Source: an uncultured Thermoleophilia bacterium (GTDB taxonomy: Bacteria; Actinomycetota; Thermoleophilia; UBA2241). From it: a stretch of DNA of 64,000 nucleotides. Location of the stretch: assembly GCA_963715985.1 (NCBI GenBank), contig CAVQSP010000013.1:448001-512000 (forward strand), read 5' to 3'. Under the pieces are notes generated by a model. It searched no databases. It was not told the origin of the DNA and saw nothing but the letters and a program-made list of their open reading frames with translations. Of the stretch, positions 24,185 to 33,507 are shown in pieces. Numbering within the stretch: the first letter of the stretch is position 1; the number at the start of each line of letters is the position of its first letter. A program made the position numbers and the translations under genes.

Positions 24185-25244
24185 TCAGACTTCATAGACC
24201 TCGACCTCGACGGCCTTCACCGAGACGTACACCGGCCCGCCGTCGTCCAGGTGCATGGACGCGACGGAACCCGGAGTGACCTCGGCGATGATGGGCAGCT
24301 CGCCGCTCACGCGCGCACGCACGTGGTTGCCGACGACATCGAGATCCTCGACGACGCCCTTCCACACGTTCCTCGGCGAGCCCTCCGGCAGGACGCGGTG
24401 GAGGGCGACCGCGCGCGGCGGGATGACGGCGAACACCTCGCCGCTCTCGGGCATCGGGTCGGCGGCGATGAGGCGCCGGCCGCCGGTGAGCACGATCGCC
24501 CTTTGCTCGGCCCGGCCGCGGTACAGGTTCAGCCCGACGAGCTCGGCCACGTAGCGCGAGCGCGGGTGCGAGGAGAGCTCTTCCGGCGTGCCGGCCTGCA
24601 CGATCCGCCCGGCCTCCAGGACGACGAGGTGGTCGGCGAGCGTCATGGCCTCGATCGGGTCGTGCGTGATGACGAGACAGGTGCCTTCGTACAGCGGCGA
24701 GGTGGCGGGAGAGGGCGCGCCGCAGGTCCGCGCGGGCACCGGCGTCCATCGCCGCCAGTGGCTCGTCGAGCAGCAGCAGGCGCGGGTCGGTGGCCAGGGC
24801 CCGCGCCAGCGCCACACGCTGCGCCTGACCGCCGGAGAGGGCGCGCGGTCTCACCAGCGCGCACGACTCGAGACCCACGCGCGCGAGCCACGCGTGCGCG
24901 CTCTCGCGCGCGGCGGCCCGGCTCGCGCCGCGCGAGCGCAGGCCGAAGGCCACGTTGTCCAGCACCGACAGGTGCGGGAAGAGCAGATAGTCCTGGAACA
25001 CGACGCCGATGGGCCGCCGCTCGGTGGGCACGTGGACGGCCGCCGCCGGGTCGTCCAGCACCACACCGTCCAGGACGACCCGGCCCGAATCCAGCGGGAT
25101 CAGGCCGGCCAGCGCGCGCAGCAGCGTCGTCTTGCCGGCCGCGTTGGGGCCCAGCAGCGCGACCACGGTGCCCGCCTGCACATCCAGGCGGACGTCGAGG
25201 TCCAGCGTGCCTTTGCGCAGCGCCACCTCCGCGTCCAGGCTCAC
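24185..25244 (-). CDS. modC: Molybdate ABC transporter ATPase with TOBE domain (indel near 24705)
   Basis: GPNAAGKTT, LSGGQAQRVALARAL, LLLDEP, GSPRN, VSVKAVEV. Confidence 0.92.
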
Positions 25245-25272
25245 GCCGGCCCTCGCTCTTCCGTCCCCATCC

Positions 25273-26220
25273 TCATCGCGCCGGGAACCACCGGCTGCGC
25301 AGCGCGACCAGCACCGTGAGCGAGATGGCCAGCATGACCAGGCTCAGGGCGATGGCGGAGTCGGGCTCGTTCTGCAGGGCGAGGTACACGGCGAGCGGCA
25401 TGGTCTGGGTCGTGCCGGGCAGGTTGCCGGCGAAGGTGATGGTGGCGCCGAACTCGCCGAGGGCGCGGGCCCAGGCCAAGGCGGCGCCCGCGCCCAGGGC
25501 CGGGGCGATGAGGGGCAGGGTCACGCGGCGGAACACCGTCCAGCGGCCGGCGCCCAGGGTGGTCGCGGCGTCCTCGTAGCGGCGGTCCATGGCGCGGATG
25601 CCGGCCTCGACCGTGATCACCAGGAACGGCATGGCGACGAAGGTCTCGGCCATGATGACTCCGGCCGTGGAGAACGGCAGCGTGATCCCGAGCACGTGGT
25701 CGAGCGCCTGGCCGGCGACGCCGTTGCGCCCGAAGGCGAGCAGCAGGGCGACGCCCCCGACCACCGGCGGCAGCACCATGGGCAGCAGCACGACGGCGCG
25801 TACCAGGTCGCGACCGCGGAACCGCACCCGCGCCAGCAGCCAGGCGAGCGGGACCCCGATCACCAGGGAGATGGCGACGGCGGCGAGCGAGCACACCAGC
25901 GAGAGGCGTAGAGCCGTCATCACGCCGGGCGCCGAGAGGTCCGAGAGCAGGTGACCCCACGGGGCGCGAAGCACGAGAGCGACCAGCGGCAGCGCGAGGA
26001 AGACGATGGCGATCACCGCCAGCGGGACGAAACCGAAGGGGGCGCCGCCGCTGCGGCGGGCCGGTGTCTCCCTGCCTCCGCGGGGGGGCCGCCGGGACCA
26101 GGGCCCGGCCGGCTCCCGGTCCGGCGTCAGCGTGTCGCCGGCCACCACGGCCAGGTTGGCCTCCACGCCCGGGCTACGGCGCCGCCCGTCGGGCGGGACG
26201 TTGTCGTCGCAGGTGGTCAC
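25273..26220 (-). CDS. modB: Molybdate ABC transporter permease (true start may be downstream)
   Basis: LPMVLPPVVGGVALL, FVAMPF, WARALGEFGATITFAGNLPGTTQTMPL. Confidence 0.93.
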   Translation of the reverse strand: MTTCDDNVPPDGRRRSPGVEANLAVVAGDTLTPDREPAGPWSRRPPRGGRETPARRSGGAPFGFVPLAVIAIVFLALPLVALVLRAPWGHLLSDLSAPGVMTALRLSLVCSLAAVAISLVIGVPLAWLLARVRFRGRDLVRAVVLLPMVLPPVVGGVALLLAFGRNGVAGQALDHVLGITLPFSTAGVIMAETFVAMPFLVITVEAGIRAMDRRYEDAATTLGAGRWTVFRRVTLPLIAPALGAGAALAWARALGEFGATITFAGNLPGTTQTMPLAVYLALQNEPDSAIALSLVMLAISLTVLVALRSRWFPAR

Positions 26221-26238
26221 GGCATCCGGCGGCGACGC

Positions 26239-27099
26239 TCAAGAAGGTGGTGGCCCGAAGCCGAAGCCCTGCAGGGTCTGCTGCCCGGCAGGTGAGAGGA
26301 CGTAGTCGACGAATGCCTGCGCCTGTGCCGAGGCCCCACTCTCCTTGAGCGTCGCGATAGGATAGTCGGCGGTCACGTTGGCGTCCGCGGGGATCGCGAC
26401 TCCCGCGACCTCGTCCGCGGCCGCGCGCACATCGGTGACATACACGATGCCGGCGTCGGCCTCGCCGAGGGCGATCTTGGTCACCACGCCCTTGACGCTC
26501 TCTTCCAGCGAGACCGGCTTCACCGTCACGCCCGCGCGTGCGAGGACCGCCTGGGCGTACTTGCCCGCCGGGACCTCGGGTGCGGCCAGCACCACCTTGA
26601 GCTCCGGGTGCGCCAGCGACTCCAAGCCCGTGACGCCCTCGGGGTTTCCCGGGGCCACCACGATCTCCAGCTGGTTGGTCGCGAAGATCTGCGGTGCGGC
26701 GGCGCCACCTGCGATCGCATCCATGCTCGCGGTGTCGGCCGTGGCGAGGACGTCGGCAGGCGCGCCTTGCCCGATCTGCGCCACCAGGTCCTGGCTGCCG
26801 GCGAAGTCGAAGACCACCGCCGTGCCGGGGTGGGTCGCCTCGAAGTCGGCGCCGAGCCTCGTGAACGCCTCAGTCAGGGAGGCGGCCGCCAGCACGTGCA
26901 GCTTGACCGCGTCGTCGCCGGACGAGCTGCCGCCGCAGGCCGTGGCGCCGAGGGCGCTCGCCACCAGCGCGAGCACGAGCGCCGCAGCGGTGAGCAGGCG
27001 TCTTCGGCGACTGGAGCGGGGTGCCGGGCCCGCGCGGAGTGCCGCCGTTCGCGGCCGTTCCGCGGGCGGTCGACCCGGCAGGGTCGGACCTCGCCTCAT
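26239..27099 (-). CDS. modA: Molybdate-binding lipoprotein
   Basis: Lipobox ATAC, VLAAASLTEAF, FAGSQDL, GAPADV, VPAGKYA, GEADAGIVYVTD. Confidence 0.93.
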   Translation of the reverse strand: MRRGPTLPGRPPAERPRTAALRAGPAPRSSRRRRLLTAAALVLALVASALGATACGGSSSGDDAVKLHVLAAASLTEAFTRLGADFEATHPGTAVVFDFAGSQDLVAQIGQGAPADVLATADTASMDAIAGGAAAPQIFATNQLEIVVAPGNPEGVTGLESLAHPELKVVLAAPEVPAGKYAQAVLARAGVTVKPVSLEESVKGVVTKIALGEADAGIVYVTDVRAAADEVAGVAIPADANVTADYPIATLKESGASAQAQAFVDYVLSPAGQQTLQGFGFGPPPS

Positions 27100-27106
27100 G
27101 TCCCTT

Positions 27107-27245
27107 GCTCCTTTCCAAGCACGGGGAGGTCCGGGCGTTTCCACCCGGGCCCACGACGGCGAGCACGTCGCCGCCCCACGGTCTGTCCGTGGTACGGCCC
27201 TGCACCCATAGCAGCGACCTGCCGTAGGGCGGAGGGCTTGGAGTC
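27107..27245 (-). ncRNA. Moco RNA motif (molybdenum cofactor riboswitch) in the modA leader
   Basis: Minus strand ACUCCAAGC..CCUA..UAUGG..CCGGGUG-GAAA-CGCCCGG-A-CCUCCCCGU-GCUUGGAAAGGAG; P1 3' strand covers the modA RBS. Confidence 0.85.
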
Positions 27246-27344
27246 GGACGGAGAGAAGGGTAGCACGGGTGTCGTGGGGCGTTCCAGTGCTCGCCGTGGC
27301 GTAGACCCGGCGGCCCGGCGCTACGGCAGGCGCCGCCGTTGCCG

Positions 27345-28481
27345 TCAGGAAGTGAAGCCGCGCAGCCCCAGGTGTTCGCCGAGGAAGGCGGCCAGCTCCT
27401 CCACGTCGTCCGGCGCGAAGCGGTGCGGGTGCGGCACGTCGGCGTCGCTGACCAGCGCCAGCGTGACGGACGACGCGAGGAGCGGCTCCTCGCGCCCCTC
27501 ACCGGGGCGGAACACCTCGACGACCCACGGCGTCTCGTGCCGGTACCCCTCACAGACGACGACGTCGTAGGCGGAGAAGTAGCGCGCCACGATGGTGGCG
27601 AGGCTGGGCTCGCGCTCCATGCCGGTGACGAACGCGAGCTGGGAGGACGAGCCCACAGCGTAGGCGTGGGCCCCGGCCTGCGCGTGGCGCCACGAGTCCT
27701 TGCCGGGGGTGTCCAGGTCGAAGCGGGCAACGCGTTTGACGGCGGCGACGCTCAGGCCGCGGCGCGTGAACTCGGGGATGAGCCGCTCGATGAGCGTGGT
27801 CTTGCCGCTCCCCGAGCGGCCGACCACGCCGAGCACGAGCGGCCCGGCGGGCGGGCCTTCACGGCCGTCCGCGGCGCCGTCTTCCTCTCCCGCGAGGCGC
27901 CGCGCCTCGGCCCAGTCGCCCGGCGTGTTGACGTTGAAGAACGGGTGCGCGTCGGTGAACGGGATCTGCCGCACATTCACAAGGGGGTAGAGGTCGAGGA
28001 TGCTGTGCGCCCCGACGGCGAGCAGCGCGCGGATGTGCGGCAGGCAGCCGGGGCCGTACACGGCGTGGAGCGGCTCCAGGTGGCCGCCGACGACGGGCAG
28101 CGCCACGTCGGCGCCGGCGTAGCCGCCCAGCACCCGCTCCACGGCCGCGGCGTCGGGGAAGACGACGTCGGTGGCGAGCGTGAAGAAGGGCTCGCCGAAC
28201 CGCGTGAGCAGCGACGCCAGCCCGGCCAGCGGCGAGCCGGTCACGATGTCCGGGACCACCTCCACGCCCGGCGGCAGCGGGTCCGGCGCCTGGTCGGCAT
28301 CACGTACGGAGAGCGCGACGACGGGGAAGAGGCCGCGCAGGAAGTCGAGGTTGCGCTCCAGCAGCGTGGCCCCGGCGAGGCGCAGACGGCGCTTGTCGTG
28401 CCCCATGCGCCGCGCTTCGCCTCCCGCGAGGAGGGCGCCGATGCGGATGCCGTGCAGGTCGATAGGGGTGTGGCCGGCCAC
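27345..28481 (-). CDS. mobA: Fused MobA (Moco guanylyltransferase)-MobB protein
   Basis: LLAGGEARRMGHDK, SPLAGL, EPLHAVY, FFNVNTP, then VVGRSGSGKTT and GKDSWRH. Confidence 0.92.
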   Translation of the reverse strand: MAGHTPIDLHGIRIGALLAGGEARRMGHDKRRLRLAGATLLERNLDFLRGLFPVVALSVRDADQAPDPLPPGVEVVPDIVTGSPLAGLASLLTRFGEPFFTLATDVVFPDAAAVERVLGGYAGADVALPVVGGHLEPLHAVYGPGCLPHIRALLAVGAHSILDLYPLVNVRQIPFTDAHPFFNVNTPGDWAEARRLAGEEDGAADGREGPPAGPLVLGVVGRSGSGKTTLIERLIPEFTRRGLSVAAVKRVARFDLDTPGKDSWRHAQAGAHAYAVGSSSQLAFVTGMEREPSLATIVARYFSAYDVVVCEGYRHETPWVVEVFRPGEGREEPLLASSVTLALVSDADVPHPHRFAPDDVEELAAFLGEHLGLRGFTS

Positions 28482-28528
28482 GGCTGGGAGTCTAGCTCAA
28501 GAGGCCGGGCAGCAACGGCTCAGGTAAG

Positions 28529-28592
28529 TTGACACGCACCCTCACGGCGGTAGGATTCCCGTATCGCGGGCATGCTGGTCCGCATTGTGGAA
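28529..28592 (+). promoter_or_regulatory. Promoter with tandem IclR-type boxes
   Basis: TTGACA-16-TAGGAT, then tcccgtatcgcgggc-6 nt-gtccgcattgtggaa. Confidence 0.72.
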
Positions 28593-28662
28593 CGCATACC
28601 GTCGGGCCGCGCCGTTGCGGACGCGGCCGTCCCCCTTCAGCTGCGAGCGGAGGTCCAGGAGT

Positions 28663-31266
28663 ATGGCGCACACGCAGAGACTCACCAACGCGACGACCGG
28701 CGGGCCGTTGTTCGTGGACGTCGAGGACGGCCGCATCGTGCGCATGACGCCGATCGACCTCGACGAGGACGACAAGGGCGACTGGACCATCGAGGCGCGG
28801 GGCCGCACCTTCGCCCCCCCGCGCCGCACCACCCTCTCGCCGCACGCGCAGGCGGCACGCTCCATGGTGTACTCGCCCAACAGGATCCTGCATCCGATGA
28901 AGCGCGTCGACTGGGACCCCGACGGCGAGCGCAACTGCCAGAACCGCGGCGTCTCCGGCTACGAGGAGATCAGCTGGGACGAGGCGCTCGACCTCGTCAC
29001 CACGGAGCTCATCCGCGAGAAGCGCGAGAACGGCCCCGGCTCCATCCTGACCACCTGTAGTTCCCACCACCTGTGGGGCAATCTCGGGTACCGCCACAGC
29101 GCCTACTACCGCTTCCTCAACCTCATGGGCATGGTGCACACCGCCCACAACCCGGACAGCTGGGAAGGCTGGCACTGGGGCGCGATGCCGATGTGGGGCA
29201 ACAGCCACCGTCTCGGCATCCCCGAACAGTACGACCTCCTCGAGGACGCCCTCAAGCACACCGAGATGATCGTCTTCTGGTCCTCGGACCCCGAGTCCAC
29301 CGGCGGCGGCATCTACTCCGCCTTCGAGAGCACCTGCCGGCGCTACTGGATGAAGGAGCTCGGGATCAAGATGGTGTTCGTCGATCCCTACTACAACCCC
29401 ACCGCCGAGCTGTTCAGCGACAAGTGGTTCGCCCCGCGCCTGGGCACGGACGTGGCCTTCGGGCTCGCCATCGCGCACGTGTGGCTGGCTGAAGGCACCT
29501 ACGACAAGGAGTACGTGGCCGAGCGCACGCACGGCTTCGACGAGTGGAAGGACTACGTCCTCGGCGCCACCGACAACGTGCCCAAGACGCCCGAGTGGGC
29601 GGAGGGCGAGTGCGGCATCCCGGCCCGCCAGATCCGTGCCCTGGCGCGCGAGTGGGGCGCCAGGAAGGTCATGCTCGCCGCCGGCGGCCTCGGCGGCTGG
29701 GGCGGCGCCTGCCGCTCGGCCACGGGTAACGAGTGGGCGCGCACCATGGTGGCGCTCGCGGCGATGCAGGGCTACGGCAAGCCGGGCGTCAACATCTGGG
29801 GCACCTCTCAGGGTGCGCCGTCGGACTGCTCGTTCGTCTTCCCCGGCTACGCCGAGGGCGGGATGTCCGGCGACCCGGAGAAGTCCGCGGCCGCCTACCG
29901 CATGCTCTACCGCCTCTTCGCCCACGACACCGGGCTGCACCCGACGGTCAACGCGCACGACTCCACCGAGGGCATCGCCATCCCGCGCCTGCGCATCCCC
30001 GAGGCGATGATGCACGAGAAGTTCGAGTGGCGCGGCAAGGGCTTCTGCGGCCCGTCCATCCAGAGCCAGATGCAGAAGTACCAGTACCCGGCGCCGGGCT
30101 ACCCGTTCGTCACCATGTACTGGCGCTACGGCGGTTCGTTCTTCGGCACCATGCAGCAGACCAACCGCTACGTGAAGGCCTACCGCGAGGGCAAGGTCCG
30201 CACCGTCGTCAACCAGTCCATCTGGATGGAGGGCGAGGCGAAGTTCGCCGACATCATCCTGCCCGCCTGCACCAACTTCGAGCGCTGGGACATGAGCGAG
30301 TTCGGCAATTGTTCGGGCTACATCCCGGACAACCACAACCAGACCAACCACCGCGTGATCGTCTTCCAGAAGAAGTGCATCGAGCCGCTCGGCGAGAGCA
30401 AGTCGGACTACGACATCTTCGCCGCCGTGGCCGGGCGCATGGGCATGGGCGACGTGTTCACCGAGGGCGGCATGGACGAGTACGACTGGTGCCGCGCCTA
30501 CTTCGACGCCACAGATCTGCCCAAGATCACCACCTGGGACCAGTTCGAGAAGAAGGGCTACGTCGTGGTGCCCTTCCCCGACGACTACAAGAGCACCCCG
30601 GCCATGCGCTGGTTCGCCGAGGGGCGCAAGCGCGACACCCCGGACTGGGGCCCGCGCCCCGGCGACACCGTGGGCTTCAAGGGCCTGCAGACGCCCTCGG
30701 GCAAGATCGAGTTCGTCAGCAAGACGCTCAAGAACCTCGAGCTGGACGTGATCGACCCCGAGCGCCCGGCCATGGGCCCGCAGTTCATCCCCAGCTGGGA
30801 GGGCCACCACACCACCGAGCTGTACGGCACGTACCCGCTGCAGATGGTGAGCCCGCACCCGCGCTTCAGCTTCCACACGATGGGCGACTCCAAGGGCACC
30901 TGGCTCAACGAGGTGGAGGAGCACCGCATCCTGCACGACGACGGGCACCGCTACTGGATCATGCGCCTGAACAGCGTGGACGCGGCGGCGCGGGGCATCG
31001 CCGAAGGCGACCTCATCCGCGCCTTCAACGACCGCGGCGCGGTGATCCTCTCGGCCCAGCTCACCGAGCGCGTGGCCCCCGGCACGGTGCACTCGTACGA
31101 GAGCTGCGCCGAGTACCTGCCCACCGGCGAGCCTGGTGCCTCCGCCGACTTGGCCGGCTGCGTCAACATCCTCACCAACATGCGCACCATCACGCCCACG
31201 TCCCAGGCAATGTCCAACAACTCCTGCCTCATCCAGGTAGAGAAGTGGGAGGGGGAGGCCTCATGA
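28663..31266 (+). CDS. athL: Pyrogallol:phloroglucinol transhydroxylase alpha subunit (AthL-like, canonical active site)
   Basis: [80 protein letters not shown] match Pelobacter acidigallici AthL as I recall it. Confidence 0.88.
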   Translation: MAHTQRLTNATTGGPLFVDVEDGRIVRMTPIDLDEDDKGDWTIEARGRTFAPPRRTTLSPHAQAARSMVYSPNRILHPMKRVDWDPDGERNCQNRGVSGYEEISWDEALDLVTTELIREKRENGPGSILTTCSSHHLWGNLGYRHSAYYRFLNLMGMVHTAHNPDSWEGWHWGAMPMWGNSHRLGIPEQYDLLEDALKHTEMIVFWSSDPESTGGGIYSAFESTCRRYWMKELGIKMVFVDPYYNPTAELFSDKWFAPRLGTDVAFGLAIAHVWLAEGTYDKEYVAERTHGFDEWKDYVLGATDNVPKTPEWAEGECGIPARQIRALAREWGARKVMLAAGGLGGWGGACRSATGNEWARTMVALAAMQGYGKPGVNIWGTSQGAPSDCSFVFPGYAEGGMSGDPEKSAAAYRMLYRLFAHDTGLHPTVNAHDSTEGIAIPRLRIPEAMMHEKFEWRGKGFCGPSIQSQMQKYQYPAPGYPFVTMYWRYGGSFFGTMQQTNRYVKAYREGKVRTVVNQSIWMEGEAKFADIILPACTNFERWDMSEFGNCSGYIPDNHNQTNHRVIVFQKKCIEPLGESKSDYDIFAAVAGRMGMGDVFTEGGMDEYDWCRAYFDATDLPKITTWDQFEKKGYVVVPFPDDYKSTPAMRWFAEGRKRDTPDWGPRPGDTVGFKGLQTPSGKIEFVSKTLKNLELDVIDPERPAMGPQFIPSWEGHHTTELYGTYPLQMVSPHPRFSFHTMGDSKGTWLNEVEEHRILHDDGHRYWIMRLNSVDAAARGIAEGDLIRAFNDRGAVILSAQLTERVAPGTVHSYESCAEYLPTGEPGASADLAGCVNILTNMRTITPTSQAMSNNSCLIQVEKWEGEAS

Positions 31267-32096
31267 AGAGCTGGCACCTGATCGTCGACGTGGCCCGCTG
31301 CCACGACTGCAACGACTGCTTCCTGGCCGACAAGGACGAGTTCGTCGACAACGACTTCCCGCCCTACTCGGCCGCCCAGCCCTGGCACGGCCACCGCTGG
31401 ATGCACATCAAGCGCAAGGAGCGCGGGCAGTTCCCGCTGGTGCAGACCGCCTACCTGCCCATGCCCTGCATGCACTGCGACGAGGCGCCGTGCCTCACCG
31501 CCGACGGCGCCGTCTACAAGCGCGAGGACGGCCTCGTGATCATCGACCCGGTCAAGGCCAAGGGCCGCAAGGAGATCGTCGCCAGCTGCCCGTACAGCGC
31601 CATCTACTGGAACGAGGACAAGGAGCTGGCGCAGAAGTGCACCGGCTGCGCTCACCTCCTCGACGACGGCTGGACGGAGACGCGCTGCAGCCAGGTCTGC
31701 CCGACCGACGCCATCAAGCTCGTGGTGGCCGAGGAGGCCGAGTTCACCGCGCGCGTGGCCGCGGAAGGGCTCGAGCGCTACCGTGACGGCCTCGGCACCG
31801 CGCCTCGCGTCTGGTACCGCAACCTGTACCGCTGGGACAAGGTCTTCCTCGCGGCCACGGTGGTCTTCGGCGACAGCGACGAGTGCGGCGCCGGCGCCGT
31901 CATGACCGTGACGAAGGACGGCCGGGCCGCCGGCGAGGCCACCTGCGACATCTTCGGCGACGCCTACGTGGACAAGCTCGAGCCCGGCGCCGAGTACGGC
32001 GTCACCATCGTCGCCGACGGCTACAAGCCGGCCACCTGCACGGCCAAGCCGGCCGCCAGCCTCAACCTGGGCACCATCACGCTCGAGAAGGCGTGA
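31263..32096 (+). CDS. bthL: Transhydroxylase beta subunit (BthL-like)
   Basis: DVARCHDCNDC, GHRWM..RKERG, CMHCDEAPC, DPVKAKG, AQKCTGCAHLLDD, PRVWYRNLYR; ATGA coupling to athL. Confidence 0.88.
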   Translation: MKSWHLIVDVARCHDCNDCFLADKDEFVDNDFPPYSAAQPWHGHRWMHIKRKERGQFPLVQTAYLPMPCMHCDEAPCLTADGAVYKREDGLVIIDPVKAKGRKEIVASCPYSAIYWNEDKELAQKCTGCAHLLDDGWTETRCSQVCPTDAIKLVVAEEAEFTARVAAEGLERYRDGLGTAPRVWYRNLYRWDKVFLAATVVFGDSDECGAGAVMTVTKDGRAAGEATCDIFGDAYVDKLEPGAEYGVTIVADGYKPATCTAKPAASLNLGTITLEKA

Positions 32097-32100
32097 AAGA

Positions 32101-32144
32101 CGGGCGTCTGGGGCCGGCCGGCGCCGGCCGGCCCCAGACGCCCG
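32101..32144. terminator. Perfect 44-bp palindrome after bthL (terminator or stabilising hairpin)
   Basis: cgggcgtctggggccggccggc followed directly by its exact reverse complement. Confidence 0.65.
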
Positions 32145-32552
32145 CAGCCGTCTCCCTCCGGTGCCGGGAGGACTCCCCCGCAGCCTCCCGCCGCTGCCCC
32201 CATGGCGGGCGCCGGGCCACGGAGACGCACCTGGCGCCGTCCCGCCCCTCGCCGGACGGCGCCGCTTCACGTTCTCGGTCACCCCGTATCCGGCCAGCGC
32301 GCAGAAGCGCCTGGACATCGCTCTCCCCGAGCGAGTCGTCAAGCCGTCGGCCGTGATCTCCGAGCACGGCGGAAGCACTTCCTCGCCGCCCGGTCGGATG
32401 GAGCTCCGTGCTGCGTCACTGCCCGAGTGCTCGCCGCGAGGTCCTGCCGGCTTTCGGCTGCCTTGTCGCGCGGAATCGCGTACTATGCGCCAGGCGAGTG
32501 GCAACGGGGACGGCTGTTCCGAGGTCCCGGAGAAGTGAGCTTGAGCGAGCAT

Positions 32553-33344
32553 ATGGACCCAGAAGGCTCCGACAGACCGGCCGACCGGCGGATGGGCGTG
32601 CAGGTGATCGCCCGCGCCGCCGAGATCTGCCGCGAGCTGGCGACATCGACCGACGGCCTCACCACGGCCGAGCTGGTAGAGCGCGTCGGCCTGTCCCGGC
32701 CGACCGTGTACCGCATCGTCCGCGCCCTGATGGACGAGGACTTCGTCCGCCAGGTCGCGCCGGGCCGATACGCGGTGGGGCCGGCCTTCCTGGTGATCGG
32801 CGGCTCGACCTACGGAGGGCTGCGGCACGACATGCGGCCGTTCATGAAGGAGCTCTCCGGCGAGCTCGGCGAGACCATCGATCTCGCCGTCCTCGACAAC
32901 GGCGAAGCCCTCTTCGTCGACCAGTTCGTCGCGCTGCGAGGGCTCCGCGTGGTGGCGCACATGGGCGCGCGCTTGCCGCTGCACTGTACGGCGAGCGGCA
33001 AGGCGCTGCTGGCGGCGCTACCGCCCGACGAGGCCGAACGCGAAGTGCCGGACACTCCGCAGGCGTACACCCCGAACACCGTCACCGACAGGGCCGCCCT
33101 GCTCCAGGAGCTGGAGGAGGTGCGGCGGACGGGCATCGCGTACGACCACGAGGAGTACGTGATGGGGGTCTGCGCCGTGGCAACGCCCGTGTTCGACGCC
33201 GTCGGTGCCATCGGCGCCCTCACCGTCGAAGTGCCCGCCGTCCGTTTTCACGGTCGCGAGAAGCCGATCGCCGTCGCGGTGCTGCGATGTCGCGACCTCG
33301 CCCACCGCGCCCTGCTCGGAACGGAGCCGGCTCACCAGCGCTAG
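32553..33344 (+). CDS. IclR family transcriptional regulator 1
   Basis: GVQVIARA, GLSRPTVYRIV, GETIDLAV, PLHCTASGKALLA. Confidence 0.93.
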   Translation: MDPEGSDRPADRRMGVQVIARAAEICRELATSTDGLTTAELVERVGLSRPTVYRIVRALMDEDFVRQVAPGRYAVGPAFLVIGGSTYGGLRHDMRPFMKELSGELGETIDLAVLDNGEALFVDQFVALRGLRVVAHMGARLPLHCTASGKALLAALPPDEAEREVPDTPQAYTPNTVTDRAALLQELEEVRRTGIAYDHEEYVMGVCAVATPVFDAVGAIGALTVEVPAVRFHGREKPIAVAVLRCRDLAHRALLGTEPAHQR

Positions 33345-33425
33345 ACACCGCCTCCACGCCGCGGGGGCTCCCCTTCCGATTCGGCACGGCGCCGCAGGTC
33401 CGCTGCCTGTACTGCCTCCAGTTTC

Positions 33426-33491
33426 TTGACGCTCGCCCCATCTGCACCTACTATGCGGTCATATTGTGAGCTATGTGTCCGCATTGTGAGC
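33426..33491 (+). promoter_or_regulatory. Promoter with tandem IclR-type boxes
   Basis: TTGACG-17-TACTAT, then ggtcatattgtgagc-5 nt-gtccgcattgtgagc. Confidence 0.68.
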
Positions 33492-33507
33492 AGGGGGAGG
33501 AACAAGG

